From contig OY970320.1 of assembly GCA_963716745.1 (NCBI GenBank), positions 1,024,001 to 1,088,000 of the forward strand: 64,000 nucleotides of DNA. The letters are read 5' to 3'. A model generated the notes under the pieces. That model was not told where the DNA came from and did no database searches. It worked only from the letters and a program-made list of their open reading frames with translations. This DNA comes from an uncultured Gemmatimonadaceae bacterium (GTDB taxonomy: Bacteria > Gemmatimonadota > Gemmatimonadetes > Gemmatimonadales > Gemmatimonadaceae). A program made the translations under genes and the position numbers. Below, piece after piece: positions 61,891-64,000 of this stretch (its first letter is position 1; each line of letters starts with the position of its first letter).

Positions 61891-64000
61891 TTGAGGCTCT
61901 CCACGGCTGGCAGTTCGAACGCGAACGTCGCGCCGCCTGATTCGTTGTTCTCGCCGTACAATCTGCCACCCTGCGCCTCGATGAGCGAGAGGCTGATGGC
62001 CAGCCCCATCCCCATGCCGCCCCGCTTGCTCGTGGAGAACGGGGTGAACAGCCGCTCGCGCATGTCCGCACGGATGCCGGTGCCACGGTCGATCACCTCG
62101 ACGCGCACCACGCCGTCGGGCGCGGACGCGCGCACGGTGACCGCAGCATCCGTCCGCGCCGACTCTTCCGTACTCTCGAACGCGTTCAGCAGGAGGTTGA
62201 GCAGCACCTGCTCGATGTGCACACGATCGGCCGAGACCATCGGCAGCCCGTCAGGTGTCTCGACCGCGATCGCGACGTGGCGCACCAGCGACTCCCCGCG
62301 CACGATCGCCACGGTGCGCTGCACGACATTCCCGAGATTGAGCAGCTCGACGCGTCCCGATCCGCTCGCGAAGTGGGCGCGCAGACGGCTGATCACGTCC
62401 GCCGCGCGCTGATCCTGCGCCGCGATGTCGGCGAGGATGTCGCGGATCTCTGCGATGTCCGGATTCTCGCGGGAGACGAGACGCATTCCGGCTTGCGCGT
62501 TCGCCAAGATGGACGCGAGCGGTTGGTTCAATTCGTGGGTGATCGACGCCGAGAGATGCCCTGCGGTCGCGGCGCGCGCGAGGCGGGCGATCTCGCGGCG
62601 CTCCTTCTGCAACTCGAGCTCGGCATTACGGCTGGTTGTGATATCGCCGGCGGCGCCGACGATGCGAACGCCCTGCCCCGGCTCATCTTCCACTTGTCCG
62701 CGCGCGGCGATCCAGCGAACGCCGCCGTCGGGGTGCCGCACGCGGTATTCGATGTCGAGCGGTTGGCGCGTGGCAAGCGTATGGTCGATCGCCGCGCGCA
62801 GCGCACTGCGATCCGCGGGCTCGACGGACGCGAGGTACGCCGAGAAGGTGAGTTTCTCGTCGCGCGGCATGCTGGCGGCCTCGCGTGCCTCGGGCGTGGC
62901 CCAGATCTCATCCCGCGCCACATCCAGGATCCAGACGCCCCCGCGCGCCGCGCGTGACGCCATGCGCACGAGATGCTCGCTCTCGCGCAGTTCGGCGAGC
63001 GCGCGCCGCCGCGCGCGCCGCTCCACCAACAGCAGGAGGATGAGCGTCGCCTGGATGATGATCGCCCCGCCCGCGGCGATCACCGTGAGGCGATGCTCCT
63101 CCCACAACGATGGCGCGCGGTAGCGCACGATCGTATTCGGCGGCAGCCGTGACTCGGGAATATTCCACCGTTTGAGCTCGCGCCAATCGACCATCGGACG
63201 CGGCGCCAGCGGCTCCGCGCGCGCCACCGACTTGGGCGCCGCACCGTGGAGGATCTCGAGTCCCATGTCGGCCGCTGCGTGGCCCATGTCGCTGAACACG
63301 GCCATGGCGCCGCCCACGATGCCGCGTCCCATGTACGGATCGGCATAGGCGTACATCGGCGCGCGGCTCGACGGCTGGAGCAGTTGCAGCGCGCGCGCCG
63401 GCGTGTACGTCGTGCCGGCCGAGTCCGCGAACATGGCGATGAACACGATCGCCGTATGGTCGGGCAGTTGGGCGACGCGCGTGCGCAACTCGGCCATCGT
63501 CAGGCCCGTCAGGTACGTGAACGGATATTCACGTTCGAACGGTGCGGCCTGCTTCCTGAAGTCGGCAAGGAAATGCAGGTCGCGAGGCGACGCGCCGTTC
63601 ACAACGAGGAACCGCTGCGTCTCGGGCTGCAAGCGGAGCACCAACTCGATGGTGCTCGCGGCCGGCCAAATGCTGCGCACCCCGACGATACGCGCATCCG
63701 GCATACTCGCCGGGAGTTCGTCATCCGTGACAGCGATGTACACGATCGGTACGTTCGGGAACAACACACGGCGATTCTTGATGAGGTACAGCAGTGCCGG
63801 TCCGCCGGCAGAGATGATCAGATCGGGCGCCCTGCCGCGGTACCGCGCCTGTAGGTATTCCCGCTCCATGTCGGAGCGCACGGTGCCCGGCAGACGCGAA
63901 ACGTCCAGATATTCGGGCTGGATCTCCAGATGGAACGATGAATCGGTCGCGAACCGCTGGCGGAGCGCCGAGTCCATCGCGACGTTCGCGGGGATCAGGC
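61887..64000 (-). CDS. FixL-like sensor histidine kinase (ABC-substrate-binding-like sensor, PAS, HisKA, HATPase); 5' end outside the window
   Basis: HELNQPL, QVLLNLLLNA, DRGTG, GMGMGLAIS; PAS EYRV..PDG..RWI. Confidence 0.93.
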   Translation of the reverse strand, partial: LIPANVAMDSALRQRFATDSSFHLEIQPEYLDVSRLPGTVRSDMEREYLQARYRGRAPDLIISAGGPALLYLIKNRRVLFPNVPIVYIAVTDDELPASMPDARIVGVRSIWPAASTIELVLRLQPETQRFLVVNGASPRDLHFLADFRKQAAPFEREYPFTYLTGLTMAELRTRVAQLPDHTAIVFIAMFADSAGTTYTPARALQLLQPSSRAPMYAYADPYMGRGIVGGAMAVFSDMGHAAADMGLEILHGAAPKSVARAEPLAPRPMVDWRELKRWNIPESRLPPNTIVRYRAPSLWEEHRLTVIAAGGAIIIQATLILLLLVERRARRRALAELRESEHLVRMASRAARGGVWILDVARDEIWATPEAREAASMPRDEKLTFSAYLASVEPADRSALRAAIDHTLATRQPLDIEYRVRHPDGGVRWIAARGQVEDEPGQGVRIVGAAGDITTSRNAELELQKERREIARLARAATAGHLSASITHELNQPLASILANAQAGMRLVSRENPDIAEIRDILADIAAQDQRAADVISRLRAHFASGSGRVELLNLGNVVQRTVAIVRGESLVRHVAIAVETPDGLPMVSADRVHIEQVLLNLLLNAFESTEESARTDAAVTVRASAPDGVVRVEVIDRGTGIRADMRERLFTPFSTSKRGGMGMGLAISLSLIEAQGGRLYGENNESGGATFAFELPAVESLK

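Noticed and set aside
1..64000. tRNA/rRNA genes, integrase, transposase or prophage
   Set aside because: No convincing cloverleaf, rRNA-like stretch or recombinase/phage ORF was recognised by eye.

Overview
High-GC bacterial chromosome segment, probably Gemmatimonadota or Acidobacteriota-like. This is inferred from four ADOP-type ABC permeases (two with PadR partners), a Ser/Thr kinase-TolB_N-TPR protein, a VPS10/BNR hydrolase and an Ig-repeat protein. Many genes carry single-base frameshifts that look like long-read indel errors. Recognisable content: ku, dodecin, a mycobacterial Sdh1-type succinate dehydrogenase operon, an ECF sigma/anti-sigma/DUF4331x2/TPR/HupE-UreJ/DUF6702 operon, S9 and M28 peptidases, acyl-CoA dehydrogenase, OsmC, ABC-F, AsmA-like, ArsR-SRPBCC, a HAD hydrolase and a FixLJ-like two-component system. 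Most notable: (1) an orphan two-gene unit at 34057-35658 pairing a signal-peptide protein with a T3SS-filament-like C-terminus and an Hcp (T6SS tube) fusion, the two sharing an unannotated helical domain; (2) about nine families of intergenic inverted-repeat elements, mostly 'tandem array, spacer, inverted array', some locally clustered; (3) a promoter, structured leader and terminator upstream of ku (riboswitch candidate); (4) a tandem double beta-barrel outer-membrane protein. No rRNA, tRNA, CRISPR or transposase was seen. Family assignments come from motif recognition, not database searches.
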